A DNA stretch of 61,742 nucleotides, the filler included. It is 5 parts of 5 records of this genome, joined end to end, with 100 filler letters (N's around TTAATTAATTAA, not from the genome) between each part and the next. Parts side by side here need not be neighbours in the genome. Positions count along the whole stretch, not along the records: positions 1 to 17,737 come from DRR723986_5440; 4 more parts are not named here. One strand, given 5' to 3'. Of this stretch, positions 1-10,114 are shown piece after piece. The stretch's first letter is position 1; every line of letters starts with the position of its first letter. A model generated the notes under the pieces. It was not told where the DNA came from and searched no databases. It saw only the letters and a program-made list of their open reading frames with translations. The translations under genes and the position numbers were made by a program.

Positions 1-233
1 CTACAAATTGTGAAGCCTTTAACGCAGCAGTAAACCGCGTTCATGCACTTGTTCCGGGGTGGAGTTATTGCGCAATCGCAGGTCGTAAAAAGAAGACCTT
101 CGCTGCTTGCAGCTCGCAGACTCCCGCAAGACTGAGATGAGTTAAACTATTGAATCGATGGCTGCCTTCCCGCGGCGCAGCCGCATCTTCCAGCCCAAAA
201 GTTTGCGCATTCTCGTACGCCTGCTAACAAAAA

Positions 234-261
234 GAAAAAGCCGGAGACAAATGGCTCCGGC
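234..261 (-). terminator. Probable intrinsic terminator downstream of the Lol-like operon
   Basis: GCCGGAG (240-246) / CTCCGGC (255-261) stem. The A-run on + before it gives a U-tract on the minus strand. Confidence 0.55.
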
Positions 262-368
262 CTTCCTGAAACTGAAAACCCGCTAATAGAATAATCGAGG
301 CTGCCGCCCACACACCGCAGATGTCCGTCCAGCCCAGCTACAAAACCAGCCCAAACCAGAAACCGAAC

Positions 369-1607
369 CTAGAAATACCAGTCGTACTGCACGTACAATG
401 AACGCGGGTACTGCCAGAACTCATCCGCGCTGAATGCTACGCCTTCGCCCCTGTCCGCGCCGCCCCAGGGAATCAGTAATCCGCCAATCAGACTCGATTC
501 GTTGCTCAGCGAGTGAGTATAGACCAACTGCACAAAACCGCTGCCGTCCGTGAAGCTGCCAATGGTGCCCAAAGTCAAACTCGCCAGGTCGTCAAGCCTG
601 TAGTTGATGCTGCTGTGCAGGTAATGTCGTCCCAGGTTTAATAACTCGCCCGTCGCCAGTGCTGTTAACTCATAATCCGCCGGCTTGGCTGCGCCCGCAC
701 CGTTAAAATGGTACTCCACTAATGCATACACTCTGTCTGTAAATTGATTGTCCGCGCCCAGAATAAACGCGCTGAACTCCCTGCGGCCCGCACCGGAGCC
801 ACGCCAGACGGCTTCAAAACGCACCCCGGCGTTCAGCAGATTCCCGGCAAGAGACAGCCCGGCCAGCGCGCGCCGGTCAACACGGCCGCCCAGCAATGTC
901 ACGTCAAACACGTCCAGTTTGCTGCGCAGGCGCACAGCGCCATTATGTGTACGAAACTCATGTTCGGCATTGTAGAGCAGCAAAACATCCGTAAACGCGG
1001 CGGGATAGATGCTCAAACTAATCGCGTCCGCGCCGTCCTTTTCAATGCGGTTAAATGCGATGGGACTGATGGGATTAAAAACGTCCGTGGGGTTCCAAAC
1101 GCGCCCACTGCCAAGGCTGATGCGCTGCCGCCCCACAGTCAGAGCGCCAAATTCAAAGTTGTGGCGCAGGTACAGCCGGTCAATTAGATGGCGTACTTCC
1201 AGCGAACTTTCATTGACCAATTGCCAATTGAGCCGTCCCACCTGGCGTGGTGATCCAGCAGTTTGAAGATCGGCACCTATCACGCCGCTGCGCCGTACCA
1301 GGCTCGCCAGTTCGTACTCCAGGTGCAGGCGTGTGTTCTGGCCAAAATACAGCGTCGGTCGCAGCCGCAGGCGCGTCAGCAGGCTCGGCTGGAACTCCTC
1401 GACTCCAAGCAGTTCGGCGCTCTCAGTGCGCAAAAGCTGTAACGCGGGCAGCGTCAGGAAGTAGCCGTCAAACGCTGTGTCAAACACTGTGGCTAGAGTA
1501 ATAGCGCCATCCTTATTGCTTTGCATACGCGGTGTATGTGTCTCCGGCTCGGCTGCAGCCAGCGTACATGCAGCGCCGAAAACAATTAACAAGACCATAA
1601 AAGACAT
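369..1607 (-). CDS. Hypothetical outer-membrane beta-barrel protein
   Basis: Signal peptide after the likely ATG at 1607 (MSFMVLLIVFGAAC...). It has a DRLYL...GRQRISLGSGRVWNPTD motif and an amphipathic C-terminal strand ending in WYF (BAM-type signature). Confidence 0.7.
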   Translation of the reverse strand: MSFMVLLIVFGAACTLAAAEPETHTPRMQSNKDGAITLATVFDTAFDGYFLTLPALQLLRTESAELLGVEEFQPSLLTRLRLRPTLYFGQNTRLHLEYELASLVRRSGVIGADLQTAGSPRQVGRLNWQLVNESSLEVRHLIDRLYLRHNFEFGALTVGRQRISLGSGRVWNPTDVFNPISPIAFNRIEKDGADAISLSIYPAAFTDVLLLYNAEHEFRTHNGAVRLRSKLDVFDVTLLGGRVDRRALAGLSLAGNLLNAGVRFEAVWRGSGAGRREFSAFILGADNQFTDRVYALVEYHFNGAGAAKPADYELTALATGELLNLGRHYLHSSINYRLDDLASLTLGTIGSFTDGSGFVQLVYTHSLSNESSLIGGLLIPWGGADRGEGVAFSADEFWQYPRSLYVQYDWYF

Positions 1608-1723
1608 GTCTGCCGCCCGGCGAGTTTTGCGTTTGTCCCTGGTCCTGCCTGCTGTGTACATTCCGAAGCTGAGTGCACCTGCGGGATTGTTCACAGTGCG
1701 CCTATTCCTGTTCCACGCGGCGC

Positions 1724-2422
1724 TCACTTCGTGACCGCCTGGCGCTGCGTGTCACTCTCAATTCGCCCATCGCGCAGTAAAATCAGGCGGTGTGCGCGAT
1801 TGATGACCTGCTCGTCGTGGCTCGAAAAAACAAAAGTCATTCCATGCTGTTGGTTGAGCGCTTCCAGCGTGTCAAGCAGTTTGGCGCCGGTGACACTATC
1901 CAGATTCGCCGTCGGCTCATCGGCAAGTACCAGCGCCGGCCTGGTGACGATTGCGCGGGCTACCGCCACACGCTGCTGCTGCCCACCGCTCATGGCATTC
2001 GGCCGTTTATCCGCCAGCTGCGCAATGCCCAACTCGTCCAGAATCGCCATGCCGCGCCGGCGCCGCTCAGCCTTGTCAACGCCCTGTAAGACCAGTGGAA
2101 ATACGACATTTTCGATTGCGGTCAGGACCGGAATCAGGTTGTAAGCCTGGAAGATGAAGCCTATTTTTCGCAGGCGAATATCCGCGAGTGCCGCACGCGA
2201 TTTGGCGCCGATGTCATCACCATCCAGCACAACCCGCCCGGTACTGACATCATCCAGCGCGCCCATAATATTCAGCAGCGTTGTTTTGCCTGAGCCGGAC
2301 GGCCCGGCAATTACCGTGAACTCGCCGCGTTCGATGTTCAGCGTCACGCGGTCGACGGCGTGCACTGCGACTGCGCCGCTCGCATAGGTCTTGCTCACAT
2401 CTTTTAGTTCAAGTACGGCCAT
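1724..2422 (-). CDS. ABC transporter ATP-binding protein, LolD/MacB-like
   Basis: Walker A GPSGSGKT, signature MSGGQQQRVAVAR, Walker B VLADEPTANLD, H-loop SSHD. Confidence 0.95.
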   Translation of the reverse strand: MAVLELKDVSKTYASGAVAVHAVDRVTLNIERGEFTVIAGPSGSGKTTLLNIMGALDDVSTGRVVLDGDDIGAKSRAALADIRLRKIGFIFQAYNLIPVLTAIENVVFPLVLQGVDKAERRRRGMAILDELGIAQLADKRPNAMSGGQQQRVAVARAIVTRPALVLADEPTANLDSVTGAKLLDTLEALNQQHGMTFVFSSHDEQVINRAHRLILLRDGRIESDTQRQAVTK

Positions 2423-2502
2423 TATTTTATTCCCGATTCCAGGTACTTACTTCAAATTTTGCAGCAGCATAATTACTACCAAGGCTGTGTTTCCGGTAGC
2501 AG

Positions 2503-3729
2503 TCAGAATTCGCGTGCCGCAATCGCCGGATTCAGGCGCATGGCCCGCAGCGCGGGGTAAACGGCGCCCAGGGCGGAAACCAGCGGTACAATCACCAGCG
2601 TCCAGGCAAATGAGTCAAAATCCATCGATGGATAAATCCGCGCGGCGATGCCCAGAGACGAAAGCCCCGCAGTAAACTGCGTCAGGTCGATGCCGCTCTG
2701 CTCCAGCGGACGAATCAGCACATATGCGCCAAGGGTGCCGAGCAGCATGCCGCCAACGCCCAGCAACAGCGCCTCAAAGACTAGCACAGCAAAAATGCGG
2801 CTGCGGTTCATGCCGATCGACATTAGCACACCGAACTCATGTACGCGTTCGTACACCGCCATCAGCATCGCATTTACAATGCCAAAAATCATGGCGGCAC
2901 CAAAGATGGCCACCACTATCCAGTTGAGTTGCTGATACATGTCAATCTGGAAAACCAACATCGGCAGCAGCTCTTTGTAGGTTGAGACTTCCACCTGCGG
3001 GCCGGCCATTACTCCCAGCTGCGCCGCGAGTACGTCCAGCGAATCCAGCTGCTCGCTGCGCCCTACGATCTGCGTTGCCGCGCCGCGCAGCATGACGATT
3101 TCATCCAGCTTGTCCACGTGGACAAAAGCGGTGCTTTCATCAAATGCAGCGTTGAGTGAGCGGTAGATGCCGCCCAACTTAAACGAGGCAAACGTCACCT
3201 TGCCGTCTACACCTGCCAGCGTCAGCACCAGCCTGTCGCCCACTTCTACTTCCAGTTTGTCGGCCAGGGCCTGGCCCAGGACCGCGCTGTTGTCATTGGC
3301 CTGCAGGTATTCTCCCTGCTGCATTTGTGCCGCGATACGCGTGATTTTTGGCTCCTGCGCCGGGTCTACGCCGACAATATTTACCAGCGAAGAGTTTGCC
3401 CCGGCAGCCAGCATGCCGTCGCATTCAATCCGCCGCGTCAGAATTACCGTGCTGTCGGTTTTGTGCACCTGCGCCGTTAATTTGTTGACCAGGGTCTGCG
3501 CATCATCCAGCGCCAGCGTTAACATCGGCTCCTGGCGGTAGCCCTGCGCGTGCAGCTGCACATGCCCGGTGTGCAGGCCTACACGCGAATCCAGCATCTG
3601 CTGCATCATGCCAAACTGGAAAGCATTGCTGAAAACCACGGCCATCACGCCCAGCACCACCGAAGCGATGATGATCAGGGAGCGGCGGTAATTGCGCCAC
3701 AGGTTGCGCCAGGCCAGCGTCAGCAGCAT
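2503..3729 (-). CDS. ABC transporter permease, LolC/E (FtsX/MacB) family
   Basis: LAWRNLWRN start, one N-terminal TM helix, large periplasmic domain, ERVHEFGVLMSIGM motif and three C-terminal TM helices. Confidence 0.92.
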   Translation of the reverse strand: MLLTLAWRNLWRNYRRSLIIIASVVLGVMAVVFSNAFQFGMMQQMLDSRVGLHTGHVQLHAQGYRQEPMLTLALDDAQTLVNKLTAQVHKTDSTVILTRRIECDGMLAAGANSSLVNIVGVDPAQEPKITRIAAQMQQGEYLQANDNSAVLGQALADKLEVEVGDRLVLTLAGVDGKVTFASFKLGGIYRSLNAAFDESTAFVHVDKLDEIVMLRGAATQIVGRSEQLDSLDVLAAQLGVMAGPQVEVSTYKELLPMLVFQIDMYQQLNWIVVAIFGAAMIFGIVNAMLMAVYERVHEFGVLMSIGMNRSRIFAVLVFEALLLGVGGMLLGTLGAYVLIRPLEQSGIDLTQFTAGLSSLGIAARIYPSMDFDSFAWTLVIVPLVSALGAVYPALRAMRLNPAIAAREF

Positions 3730-3743
3730 AATAGTTTTTTACC

Positions 3744-4982
3744 CTAAGTGTATCGAATGCCCTTGAGCGGCTTAAGCCGCCAGGTTTTAACTAGTGGAAT
3801 CAGGCTCATCAGCAGTCCCATGCCCACAATTGCCAGCGTCGGAACCGTAAAAATATCGGGCCGCAGCGAAGCGTGAATCTGTGGTGCAAAACCGTATTCG
3901 CGGTACAACTCTACAACGTCGCCGCCCAACTCAATGGGGTTAAAGGCAATCCACATATTCACGCCGGCTCCCAGCGCATTGCCCAGCAGCACACCAATCC
4001 CAAAAATCAGCAGAATCTCTACCAAAACCAGCAGCGTCAGGTAGCTGTTCTGCATGCCCAGCGCCAGCATAATGCCAAACTCGCGGAAGCGCTCCGTGAT
4101 TGACATTAGAATCGTATTCAGGATGCCAAACGACACCACAAGCAGCAGCAGTCCCGCCGTCACTTGTGAACTGACGTCGTCGAGTTCTATCAACTCCTTT
4201 AGGCCCACCTGCACCTCGTCCCAGGCGCGCACCCGCAAATCGGGGTTGATTGCCTGCACGGATTGCGTCAGTGAACTACGCGCCGTTTCCACATCGTGAA
4301 TGCCGGGCAGCATTGCGGCTATCACCGAACAGCGGCCATGCATCCCCAGGATTTCACGCGCGCCGCCCAAGGTCAGCAGCGCTCCCAGCCTGTCAAATTT
4401 GTCTTCGCCGGTTTTGATGCTGCCCAGCACGGTCAGGAACTCATCGCGCATGCCAAAGCTGTAGTCCCAGCCGAGAGCCACCACCGTGTCGCCGGGCTGG
4501 ACGCCCAAGTTTTGCATTAGTTTATAGCCCAGGACCACGCCGTATGTGTCGTCGTTGTTCAGGAAACGCCCGGCATGCACATAGCTGCCAAAGTTGGACA
4601 TTTTGCGTTCTTTTTCTACATCCAGCGCCAGCCACATTGTCCCCACAGTTTTGGAATTGGCGCTCAGCAGCCCACCCGCCAGGATGCGCTCTGCCGCCGT
4701 AAGAACCAATGGGTGGTTCTGCAGTGCCGCCCGCAGCGTTGAGTCGCGGCTGCGGAAGCTGTTGCGCAGCGTCGGTGAATCCAGGTAGTCTTTGTGCTGC
4801 ACCTGCACATGCCCGGATCCGCGCCGCGCCGCCAGGTCAATGTTGTACTCGTAGGTACCTTTCTGCATGCCGCGCTGAATCACGCCAAAAAAAACAGCAA
4901 ACACCACCGCAGCTATCGTAATGATAGTGCGCCTGCGGTTGCGCCACAGATTGCGCCAGGCCAGTGTTATAAGCAGGTTCAC
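3744..4982 (-). CDS. ABC transporter permease, LolC/E (FtsX/MacB) family
   Basis: LAWRNLWRNRRRT start and ERFREFGIMLALGM motif; paralog of the adjacent permease. Confidence 0.92.
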   Translation of the reverse strand: MNLLITLAWRNLWRNRRRTIITIAAVVFAVFFGVIQRGMQKGTYEYNIDLAARRGSGHVQVQHKDYLDSPTLRNSFRSRDSTLRAALQNHPLVLTAAERILAGGLLSANSKTVGTMWLALDVEKERKMSNFGSYVHAGRFLNNDDTYGVVLGYKLMQNLGVQPGDTVVALGWDYSFGMRDEFLTVLGSIKTGEDKFDRLGALLTLGGAREILGMHGRCSVIAAMLPGIHDVETARSSLTQSVQAINPDLRVRAWDEVQVGLKELIELDDVSSQVTAGLLLLVVSFGILNTILMSITERFREFGIMLALGMQNSYLTLLVLVEILLIFGIGVLLGNALGAGVNMWIAFNPIELGGDVVELYREYGFAPQIHASLRPDIFTVPTLAIVGMGLLMSLIPLVKTWRLKPLKGIRYT

Positions 4983-5026
4983 GTGCTGTACTCTCCCTAA
5001 ATACGGCAGTACATGTTTCAGTCACT

Positions 5027-5794
5027 TCAGCGTTCCAGCGCCTGAAGCGAAAACAGGCGTTGTGGAATCTCTATGTCAAACTCGGCTTCCCTGATTATCA
5101 TAATCGTCTCGTCGCCGGGCTCCAGCTCATTGCGCATGTGGTATTGCGTCGGCACCTTGCGGCCACCAATCACCTTATGTCCCTTAAAATCCTGTGTGCG
5201 CACCAGCCGGCCCTTGTCGTCGTAGAAACACATGCGCTGCGGCAAGTAGTCTTCGTGGCGTACCCAATAGCGAATCTTAGCCCACAGTGCCGGCGCGTCA
5301 TCATTCGGAATCAATTCCAGCTGGAAACAGAGGGTACCGTCTATCGTTTCATCCGCCAGCTTGGCCGTGCTGTATTCATTGACCAGGTCGGCCTCACGCA
5401 CCAGATCGTCAAAGGTAAAATCCGATCCGTTCCACGACTGCAGCATCATCGAAGGTGGAATCTTGATCGTCGTCTCGGTATTGCGCAGGTACATCCAGAT
5501 TTCATCTTCTATCTTCAGCGTCTTATTGCCGGCTTCACGGCGTGGCTCCAGCACCGTAATCAGCGCCTTCTCATTTTCGGCCACCCACCAGCCTTCCATC
5601 GTAAATGAGCGCGTAAAGTCCGGTTTAACCACCTGCATCTCATAAACTGCATGGCTACTTGTGCCTTTCACCTGCGCCTCACTCTTGCGCAGAATATCAA
5701 CCGGACTCTCCTGCGTAGCCTGCCCCGCTGTCCACATTCCGGCAAACAGCACGGCCACCAGCATCGCCATTGACGTCAGTGCAAATCGTCTCAT
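5027..5794 (-). CDS. LolA-like outer-membrane lipoprotein-sorting protein
   Basis: Signal peptide and IWMYL...IKIPPSMMLQSWNGSDFTFDDL motif, typical of LolA-like proteins found in this cassette. Confidence 0.85.
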   Translation of the reverse strand: MRRFALTSMAMLVAVLFAGMWTAGQATQESPVDILRKSEAQVKGTSSHAVYEMQVVKPDFTRSFTMEGWWVAENEKALITVLEPRREAGNKTLKIEDEIWMYLRNTETTIKIPPSMMLQSWNGSDFTFDDLVREADLVNEYSTAKLADETIDGTLCFQLELIPNDDAPALWAKIRYWVRHEDYLPQRMCFYDDKGRLVRTQDFKGHKVIGGRKVPTQYHMRNELEPGDETIMIIREAEFDIEIPQRLFSLQALER

Positions 5795-6367
5795 CTGTCT
5801 GGTTCCTTCAAGGTCTGGTCCACTAAGCAGCGCGGTATCTCTCTACAAAGATACCCAATTTTGGCGTCACTTTCCGGCCGGAACCTCCAACTACATGTCT
5901 GCGCTCATTGCCCCTCGCGCACCGTTTTTACCTGTTGTTTTAAAGGCCCTCTTGTTAGTCGCCGGGTTAAAGGCCACAGGCCGCTGTCGCCACATCCTTT
6001 TTGTCGCTCTTTTGTTTGTTACGCCGCGCTGCCCCAGTATTTGATGCCGCACAGAACCAAAAACAGGCAGTCGCAAAAGTGGTATGCGCAGCACTGTAGT
6101 CGAGTAGCCGCACTGCGCGTTTCTGCCGCGTCCCAGGTACATACGCCGGCTACTCCAATTGCATGTGCTGCAGCATTCAACAAATACGTGTATTTTTCTG
6201 GGTGTATTTTTGAGGCTTATTTAAAGGGCCGACATCTTTTGCGGTATGAACTAGTGTTGCGCGGCTCCGGCCGCTAAAACACAAGATCTTTTCGCACCCA
6301 AACTGCCTTCGAATGTGTCAAAAAATTTGCGGGCCGGGTGTTTTACCTCAAGTTTGTAGGAGCAGTT

Positions 6368-6889
6368 ATGTTCGCCCAGCGTATCGCAATCATTCTATGC
6401 CTTTTTTTCCTTGGAGGAAGTACATATATGAGCGCTCAGGACGCCCAGAATCAAGACCAAAAGCCGGATACCGGCCAGGAAGTCAATAATCAGGAAGCCC
6501 CCAATCAGTCGGAAGACCAGCAGGAAGAACTGGAAGAGCCGGTGATGCCATCCTACAGCATGCGCACCTACTATATGGGTTTCCTCAAACGCGGGCCCAA
6601 TTGGGGCAAGGGGCCGGCTGAAGAGTCCCGCCGTATCAGCAACGGCCACATGAATCACATCAAACAAATGGCGGAAGACGGCAAGCTGATTATCGCCGGT
6701 CCCTTTATTCATCCGCCCGATGCCCCAACCGACGGCATTCTCGCCGGAATTTTCCTCTTTGACGTCGAAACACTCGAAGAGGCGCAGGCTCTATGTGATG
6801 CCGACCCCGCCGTCCAGGCCAATCAGTTTATCATTGAGTTAATGCAGTGGTACGGCCCCGTCGGCATTACCTATGAAGGCCGCGAGTAA
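6368..6889 (+). CDS. YciI family protein with N-terminal signal peptide and acidic linker
   Basis: HMNHI...GKLIIAGPF and DADPAV motifs of YciI; hydrophobic N-terminus. Confidence 0.8.
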   Translation: MFAQRIAIILCLFFLGGSTYMSAQDAQNQDQKPDTGQEVNNQEAPNQSEDQQEELEEPVMPSYSMRTYYMGFLKRGPNWGKGPAEESRRISNGHMNHIKQMAEDGKLIIAGPFIHPPDAPTDGILAGIFLFDVETLEEAQALCDADPAVQANQFIIELMQWYGPVGITYEGRE

Positions 6890-7089
6890 ACCCACATGCC
6901 GCTGCTGGTTTAAACCTTTGCGCTGCTGGGCAGGTCTCAGTCGTTCAGCCGCCGCCGGCCGCCCTACCTGAATTGTTCTTATGGGAATTGCTCTTCTGGA
7001 ATAACAGCGGCTGGAATAATTGCCGGCGCTTGAGTACATTCCTGTGGAAATCATCAGTTATTGCACGCACGCAAAACCGGAGAAGAAAT

Positions 7090-8469
7090 ATGCAGCGCTT
7101 TCTACAAGCTTCCATTCTGGCCTGCCTCCTTTGTCTGCCCGGCTCGCTGGGCGCACAAACCCTGGACTTCAGTCGTGTTGACCAGCTGCTGCAGGATTCG
7201 GTGGAGAAGATTGCGGGCCTGGGCGGTGGTGTTTCGCTCTTGCTCTGGAAGGACGGCGAAGTTGTGTACGACCGCAGCTTTAACCTGCCCGAGCGCGACT
7301 TTTCTGACACGCGTTTTATTCCGATCGCCTCAGCGACCAAATGGCTGTCAGGTGCCGTGATCATGGCGCTCGTGGATCGCGGCCTGCTCTCGCTCGATGA
7401 CCGCGCCGGTGACGTCTTTGAGGGGCTGAGCGAAAGTACTGCAGAAATTACGATTCGCCAGATGTTCAGCCACACATCCGGCCTTCCGAGCAACCTACGC
7501 GGACCACATCCCTGCGTTGAAGACCAAAGATATGAGGGTGGGCTTGCCGCCTGTGTGGACCTTGTACTGCAGGAAGCGCCAATCGCCCTTCCCGGCCGCG
7601 TTTTTGCCTATGGCGGCAACTCCATGCACATTGCCGGCCGCATGGCGGAACTGGCCGGCAAGCCGGACGAAAACACCGGCGATGCCTGGGATGCGCTCTG
7701 GCGCGAACTCATTGCCGATCCGCTCGACATGCCGCGCACAGCCTACGATGCGCCGCTTACCAGATTCGACAATCCGCGCATCTCCGGCGGCGCCTGGTCC
7801 ACCGGCCGCGAATACCTCAATTTCCTGATTATGCTCCTGCAGGATGGCATGTTTAACGGCGAGCGCGTCCTCTCCGAAGCTGCCATCGAAGCCATGCTCG
7901 CCGATCAGACGGGCGACGCCGCTATTGTGTACTCGCCCTATCAGCCGTATCTGTTTCTGGATGCAACGCTGCCCGGCACGCGTTATGGCGTTGGCGTCTG
8001 GCGCGAAGTTGTTGCGGACGACGGCTCGATTATGGAAGCCAGTTCACAGGGGGCCTTCGGTTTCAGCCCCTGGATTGATCGCGAGCGCAACCTGGCCGGC
8101 GTCCTTGCCGTTTTTTCGGTTTTAGAGGATGTGTACCCAACGTATTACACACTTAAACAAATAATACGCGAGCAAGTACCAACGCTCACAACTGATGTTG
8201 CGTTTGCCGCGCCGGCAGATGGGCCGCATGTCTATCCGCAGCCGGCAAATGAGCTGATCAGCGTCAAGCTCAGTGAATTGGACATCCAGACTGCAAGGCT
8301 TTGGACTTTGCGCTCAGCGGATGGGCGTCTGCAGCAGTCCGGCAGCATTCAGGCCGGAGTTCTCGATTTTGAAATTAGCCTGCGTGGCCTGGCGCGCGGC
8401 GTCTATGCACTTAACATTTTTGGTGATGCGGATACGCGCGTAATTCGCAAGCTTATCTCTGTTAACTAA
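7090..8469 (+). CDS. Serine hydrolase (class C beta-lactamase-like fold) with T9SS-type C-terminal domain
   Basis: Signal peptide, SxxK (ASATKW), SHTSGL, FAYGGN and GAFGFSPWID. C-terminal VYPQPA...LARGVYALNI...RKLISVN. Confidence 0.85.
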   Translation: MQRFLQASILACLLCLPGSLGAQTLDFSRVDQLLQDSVEKIAGLGGGVSLLLWKDGEVVYDRSFNLPERDFSDTRFIPIASATKWLSGAVIMALVDRGLLSLDDRAGDVFEGLSESTAEITIRQMFSHTSGLPSNLRGPHPCVEDQRYEGGLAACVDLVLQEAPIALPGRVFAYGGNSMHIAGRMAELAGKPDENTGDAWDALWRELIADPLDMPRTAYDAPLTRFDNPRISGGAWSTGREYLNFLIMLLQDGMFNGERVLSEAAIEAMLADQTGDAAIVYSPYQPYLFLDATLPGTRYGVGVWREVVADDGSIMEASSQGAFGFSPWIDRERNLAGVLAVFSVLEDVYPTYYTLKQIIREQVPTLTTDVAFAAPADGPHVYPQPANELISVKLSELDIQTARLWTLRSADGRLQQSGSIQAGVLDFEISLRGLARGVYALNIFGDADTRVIRKLISVN

Positions 8470-8596
8470 GTGACAAACAAAAAACTCAAAAAGGCCACGT
8501 AGTGAGCCGCCTCAAAGTGCTGTATTAACGTTTTTGTGTGCCGTCGCCAAAAAAAGAATTTGGAAATCATCCGGCCTTGCGTTTATCTTTGTAACA

Positions 8597-8717
8597 CTCT
8601 CATCGAGAACGACCGAGGGACAGGCCCTAAGACGTCGTAGCAACCGGAGTATGTGAACAACATAACTCGACCGGTGCTAAATCCTGCCCGCTGCGCAAAG
8701 CCGGGGATAGATGAGGA
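8597..8717 (+). promoter_or_regulatory. SAM-I (S-box) riboswitch
   Basis: P1 CTCATC (8599-8604) / GATGAG (8710-8715), with ATCGAGA, GAGGGAcaGGCCC, GCAACC and GGTGCTAAATCCTG in canonical order, directly upstream of a Cys/Met PLP enzyme. Confidence 0.92.
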
Positions 8718-8744
8718 GGCCAAACGCTGCTCTGCAGAAAAGTT

Positions 8745-8770
8745 AAACCTCCCGCTATCAGGAGGTTTTT
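8745..8770 (+). terminator. Expression-platform terminator of the SAM riboswitch
   Basis: AAACCTCC / GGAGGTTT stem followed by TT, located between the aptamer and the start codon. Confidence 0.75.
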
Positions 8771-8876
8771 GCGTTTTAAAGGGAGAAGATGAGTGCATGC
8801 GGCCGCATGTGCAATTAGAATCTTCGCGTTTTCGATGAGTGTTAAACACGATACTAATCGATAATCGGAGAATACA

Positions 8877-10058
8877 ATGCACGCTGCTACGCGCCTTGCC
8901 CTTGCCGGCCGGAACCTTGACAAACAACATCTTTCCGTCTGCGCACCAATCTACCAGACCGCAATATTTCAGGCCGGAGACGGCGATAATCCCTACGACT
9001 ACACCCGCAGTGGCAACCCCACGCGGACTGCATTGGAAGAAAATCTGGCACAGCTGGACGGTGGCTGTGGTGCGATTGCGTTTAACAGCGGGATGGCCGC
9101 AATTTCCACAGTTTTAGCCTCGTTTGCCGCCGGATCCCACATCATTTGTTCGCAGGATTGTTACGGCGGCACGGCGCGACTGTTAACACTTTTAGCCGAA
9201 CAGGCAAAGCTGGAAGTCAGTTTTGTGGATACGCGCAGACTGGAGAGTGTTAAACAAGCTGTTAAACACAACACCTGCGCAGTCTGGGTGGAATCACCCT
9301 CAAATCCACTGCTGCGCATCAGTGATCTGCGGGCACTGTCAGGCGAATGTCAACAGCATGAACTTCTGTTGGTTGTTGATAACACCTTCCTCTCACCGCT
9401 GCTGCAACGCCCGCTGGACTTAGGTGCCGACATCGTTGTCTACAGCACCACTAAATACATCAACGGCCACAGCGATGTGATTGGCGGCTCACTGGTTTGC
9501 CGCTCTGCAGAACTGCTGGAACGCCTGCAACTGTTAACAAATGCGCATGGGACGGGGTCCGCACCGTTTGATTCCTGGTTGGTAATCCGCGGCCTCAAAA
9601 CCCTGCCGATTCGCATGCGGCAGCACGAAAAAAATGCGCGTACACTGGCGCAGTATTTGGATGGACACCCTGCCGTTAAACAGGTGTATTACCCGGGCCT
9701 CACGCAACATCCGGAGCACGAACTGGCTAGTAAACAGCAGCAGGGTTTTGGCGGAATTATTTCAATTGAGCTGCGCAGTGCGGTGGCGGCACGTAAACTT
9801 TTGCAATCCGTGCGTATATTCAGTGTGGCAGTCTCCATCGGCGGCGTTGAATCACTGATCGAACACCCGGCTACGATGAGCCATGCTTCAATGACGGCGG
9901 CGCAGCGCAAGCAGGCCGGACTGGGTGAGAACCTCGTGCGCCTCTCCGTTGGAATTGAAGATGCCGACGACCTGATTGCCGACCTGGAGCAGGGCCTTGA
10001 AGACCGCAGTGAGAAATTATCTGAGCTGCTCGATACGGTCTCTGCCTGGGAAATCTAA
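8877..10058 (+). CDS. metB: Cystathionine gamma-synthase/lyase (MetB/MetC family PLP enzyme)
   Basis: YTRSGNPT, SGMAAI, ESPSNP, VDNTF, PLP-lysine motif STTKYINGHSD, LVRLSVGIE. MetB versus MetC/CGL is not resolved. Confidence 0.85.
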   Translation: MHAATRLALAGRNLDKQHLSVCAPIYQTAIFQAGDGDNPYDYTRSGNPTRTALEENLAQLDGGCGAIAFNSGMAAISTVLASFAAGSHIICSQDCYGGTARLLTLLAEQAKLEVSFVDTRRLESVKQAVKHNTCAVWVESPSNPLLRISDLRALSGECQQHELLLVVDNTFLSPLLQRPLDLGADIVVYSTTKYINGHSDVIGGSLVCRSAELLERLQLLTNAHGTGSAPFDSWLVIRGLKTLPIRMRQHEKNARTLAQYLDGHPAVKQVYYPGLTQHPEHELASKQQQGFGGIISIELRSAVAARKLLQSVRIFSVAVSIGGVESLIEHPATMSHASMTAAQRKQAGLGENLVRLSVGIEDADDLIADLEQGLEDRSEKLSELLDTVSAWEI

Positions 10059-10114
10059 CTGAATGTTAACACTACCATTCAATTTTTGTAAGGTATTACT
10101 TCAAAGGTTGTACT

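Noticed and set aside
5861-6277. 138-aa ORF in the divergent intergenic region
   Set aside because: Arg/Cys/Ser-rich random-looking composition with no RBS or motif; most likely promoter DNA.
7090-8469. Antibiotic-resistance gene call
   Set aside because: Lacks the AmpC YxN and KTG motifs; the fold is shared with esterases and peptidases.
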